DNA of 47,018 bases, taken from contig JAUWOV010000002.1 in the NCBI GenBank assembly GCA_030611945.1, forward strand, positions 1-47,018, in the 5' to 3' direction. How positions within the stretch are numbered: position 1 is the stretch's first letter; each line of letters begins with the position of its first letter. Below the pieces are notes generated by a model, which saw only the letters and a list, made by a program, of their open reading frames with translations, was not told the origin of the DNA and did no database searches. Origin of the DNA: a bacterium. Lineage in GTDB: Bacteria; JAHJDO01. Positions 44,200 to 47,018 of the stretch are shown one piece after another. The translations under genes and the position numbers were made by a program.

Positions 44200-46946
44200 T
44201 GGCTGTTATTCCTAACTTATTTGAAGAAGAAAATAGTCTTGTAGTCCCTAATTTGTTTCCCGATATTGATCCTAACCAAAATGTAGTTCCAAACTTATTT
44301 GACGATGTAGAGCCTATATCTTTAGAAACCCCTCCGGAACAGCCTGTATCTATATCACGAGGAGCAAGTGGCGGCTGGGGAGAGGACGAAGAAGATAGAA
44401 TTGGGTTTAATGAAGAATTTTTAAAAAAACCTCCAGCTATTCCATTTGACCCACGACCAGCTTATAAAATTTATCAACTTTACAAATCGTCAAAGAGATT
44501 ACAAGCCGACGAATATCTTGACGAAAATAAAAGAGAAGATGATAGATTTAGAGTATCTGAATATTTAAAAGATATTGCAGAGGAACAAAGGAGAGGAAAA
44601 ACAATTCCTGCTAAAGTTTATGATGTGGTTTCCCAGATGCCTGCTTATATGAGTGAATTCTTACTTACAGGCGGACTTGCAAGTTTAGGCAAAAAGGGAG
44701 CGGTTAAAGGACTTACTAAGCTACTCGGGACAGTTGTAAAAAAACGAGCAGGCAGACTTGCAGTAAAAGGAATTGGTTGGGGTGTATCCGGTGGATTGCG
44801 TGCCGCCCAAATGCCTCACCGTGTTGCTGAAAGTGTTATTGGTCGCAGAATACCAGAAGGAATGCAATTAACCGAAGAAGGTAAATTTATTACTGAAGGA
44901 GTAAAAGAAAGTCCGTTTACATCAGCTTGGAAAGGTTTTGGTGATGTATGGATTGAAATGATGTCAGAAGAAGCAGGAGCAGGAATAACTAAAGGAATGA
45001 GTATGGTTGCTAGGAAAGTTCCTTTTATAAACAAAGCAATGCGTAAGCTCGGTGGTAAATGGATTGGACTTGGTGCAGGCAGGACTATGAGAGAATTTAA
45101 TCGTAAAATAGGCACAGCCACAGGTTATCACGGTGTCCTTGAGGAAATGGGAGAGGAACGACTTGGCGATTTTATGCGGGCTGTAACAGGAATACAAGAT
45201 TTTGGAGCAGGAGAAGGAGCTACTATTTTTGACAGAGTAATAGCTTCTATTCCAAAAGCTGAACAATTACTAGTTGAGGGGATAGCTTTTTCAATTCCTG
45301 GCGTTGCTCGTGCTGGAGCTGGTATGTTAATAAGAGAAGGAAAACCTGTCTTAACTGAACCTACTGAACCTATTATCAAGCCTACAGAACCCACACCTAT
45401 AACAAAGCCAATTACTCCCACAGTAAAAGCACCTGTTGTTAGACCAAAAATTATAACAGACCCTGTTGAAGTCCAAAAGATTAAGGACAGTATTGCAGAG
45501 GGTCAACTTATATTAAAAGCAGGGACAAGTCATGGTAGAAAATTATCAAAAGACGAATTATTAAGCGTAAGAAAATCAGTTGAAAATTCTTTAGCAAAAA
45601 TAGGAGAAAGCAGAATCCCTGCTAAAGCATTAAAGCAAGCTAAAGAACATACTATGCCTGCTAAATCGCTTAAAATAGGAGATATGTTCCTACATCCTAG
45701 TGGAGAAGTCTATAAAGTAATACCAACGCCAAAAGACGCACCTGCTAATAGAATATATATACAAGACGGAAAGAAAAGAGTATTAGCGCAAAGTGATGAC
45801 ATACATCTTAAAGGCGCAGTGAATGATCCTTTATTAGTAGGCAAAGCAGGAATGAAGATACATGGAGAGGAATGGACAGAGGGATTTGCGGATATTGAGG
45901 TTAAGATAAAAGATGTAGCCATTAAGGGACGGCTTAGAAAACTTGATGCAGATAATAAGATAATATTACGACAGATAGACAGTTTAGAAATACAACGAAA
46001 GCGATTTATAAAACACGGATTATCAACCAAGTCTATTGATAATAAAATTCAAAATCTAGTTAAACGACAAGAGAAGATTGATATTCAAAGAGGAGATATC
46101 CTAATAGACCAAAGAGCAAAGATAAATTTAGCAAAAGAGAAAATTGAAATTAAGCCTGAGAAGATAGAGAAGATAGCAATATCAGAAAGAATAAAAGGAA
46201 TTAGTCAGGGATTGCAAAGAGGGACAATTAAGACAAGGGAACAGATTAAAGCTAGTCAGACTGAAATTATTGAATTATTAGAGCAATCAAATCTTGAGGC
46301 AGTAGATAAGGCAAAGTTTATCCGAGCAATAAAGAATATTCAGACACAACAACAGCTTATTAGACAACTTCCTATTATACAGAAAAGAATTGCTACATTA
46401 GAAACAAAAGCTACATCCAGAAAGTTAAAATGGAAGATAAGAAGCGAGTTAAGAAAATTCAAAGTCAAGAAAGATAAAGTGGGAAGAACCAGCGTGGAAT
46501 ATGAAATGCTAAAAACTGCTTTCAATAAGAAGTTCTTTGACGGAGTTAAGTTAAGAACACAGGCGCAAAACGAAGAATTGTTAAGCGGAATTCAAACAAA
46601 TATAGAAAGTTATGATGTGAATAATCCTGCTAATTATGAGGATTTTGTTTTATATGCTTTGTTAAGTCAAGACACAAAAGGTTTGAATGAAATGGCTACT
46701 GATGAATTGGGGAAAACATTAGATACGATATTACAAACCCGACAGATAGCAAGAGATAGTTTTTTAATGAAACAGATTGATAGAGCAAAGGATATTCGTC
46801 AGGCAATAGATAATTCAGTTGATAATATGCAGGGGCATGGAGTAGTTAAACAGACTTTTAGCAACCGAATGACTATGAACCCAAATTCCTATTTAGACCG
46901 GCAAACACAGGGATCTAAAGAAAATTCGAGATTAGTTTTTACCTAA
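44199..46946 (+). CDS. 915-aa large virion protein (ejection or tape-measure-like)
   Basis: Gly-rich hydrophobic segments (GGLASLGKKGAVKGL..., GAGITKGMSM...) and a long C-terminal coiled coil. N-terminal VPNLF motif occurs three times. Confidence 0.45.
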   Translation: MAVIPNLFEEENSLVVPNLFPDIDPNQNVVPNLFDDVEPISLETPPEQPVSISRGASGGWGEDEEDRIGFNEEFLKKPPAIPFDPRPAYKIYQLYKSSKRLQADEYLDENKREDDRFRVSEYLKDIAEEQRRGKTIPAKVYDVVSQMPAYMSEFLLTGGLASLGKKGAVKGLTKLLGTVVKKRAGRLAVKGIGWGVSGGLRAAQMPHRVAESVIGRRIPEGMQLTEEGKFITEGVKESPFTSAWKGFGDVWIEMMSEEAGAGITKGMSMVARKVPFINKAMRKLGGKWIGLGAGRTMREFNRKIGTATGYHGVLEEMGEERLGDFMRAVTGIQDFGAGEGATIFDRVIASIPKAEQLLVEGIAFSIPGVARAGAGMLIREGKPVLTEPTEPIIKPTEPTPITKPITPTVKAPVVRPKIITDPVEVQKIKDSIAEGQLILKAGTSHGRKLSKDELLSVRKSVENSLAKIGESRIPAKALKQAKEHTMPAKSLKIGDMFLHPSGEVYKVIPTPKDAPANRIYIQDGKKRVLAQSDDIHLKGAVNDPLLVGKAGMKIHGEEWTEGFADIEVKIKDVAIKGRLRKLDADNKIILRQIDSLEIQRKRFIKHGLSTKSIDNKIQNLVKRQEKIDIQRGDILIDQRAKINLAKEKIEIKPEKIEKIAISERIKGISQGLQRGTIKTREQIKASQTEIIELLEQSNLEAVDKAKFIRAIKNIQTQQQLIRQLPIIQKRIATLETKATSRKLKWKIRSELRKFKVKKDKVGRTSVEYEMLKTAFNKKFFDGVKLRTQAQNEELLSGIQTNIESYDVNNPANYEDFVLYALLSQDTKGLNEMATDELGKTLDTILQTRQIARDSFLMKQIDRAKDIRQAIDNSVDNMQGHGVVKQTFSNRMTMNPNSYLDRQTQGSKENSRLVFT

Positions 46947-47018
46947 TCTACTTATTTCTGCCAAGAATTTCCTTTCAAATCACTATAATTCACTCAAAGA
47001 ACGTTTTATGCCTGGTTT

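Larger units (their letters stand above)
16466..47018. mobile_element. integrated temperate phage (prophage), left end at the integrase; right end beyond the window
   Basis: Contiguous integrase, CI-type repressor, Xis/Cro-like HTH protein, recombination and replication modules, RusA, terminase, portal, scaffold, capsid and tail genes. Gene order is lambdoid. Confidence 0.88.

Overview
AT-rich bacterial window in two parts. (1) Bases 1-16,460 are an ordinary, almost gap-free minus-strand housekeeping block: uxaC, a GT39/TPR membrane glycosyltransferase, mtnA, the heptose genes rfaE2 and gmhA, a NIF3-like protein, coaBC, rpoZ, valS, a PHP hydrolase, an LPG-synthase-like membrane protein, an NAD epimerase, a nitroreductase, a phosphomannomutase and a flavodoxin-like reductase. 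It ends in a tRNA-Thr(TGT)/Tyr(GTA)/Gly(CCC) cluster. (2) Bases 16,466-47,018 are a temperate-phage genome whose right end lies outside the window. A minus-strand lysogeny operon runs CI/LexA-like repressor, secreted 140-aa protein, DUF4258/DUF2283 pair, tyrosine integrase. After a divergent switch region, a long plus-strand array follows. It carries an Xis/Cro-like HTH protein, several tiny membrane ORFs, an HTH-HNH fusion and a recombination module (SSAP-like protein, Cas4-like Fe-S nuclease, Rad50/SbcC-like ATPase, 156-aa minimal PolX). Next come a lambda-O-like initiator with its iterons inside the gene, RusA, small and large terminase, portal, scaffold, an N4-gp56-like major capsid and tail/ejection proteins. 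The most notable observations are: a LAGLIDADG intein splitting the Walker A loop of the large terminase; a minimal palm+thumb family-X polymerase coupled to the nuclease/ATPase module; eight palindromic iterons inside the replication gene; and a promoter-terminator pair directly in front of the terminase genes. Others are a long capsid leader with a thrice-repeated ATTCGCC motif, a 115-nt multi-helix element next to the tRNA cluster, an atypical integrase/tRNA orientation, and unexplained cargo in the rex-like position of the lysogeny operon. All functions are assigned from motifs recognised by eye. No database search was run.
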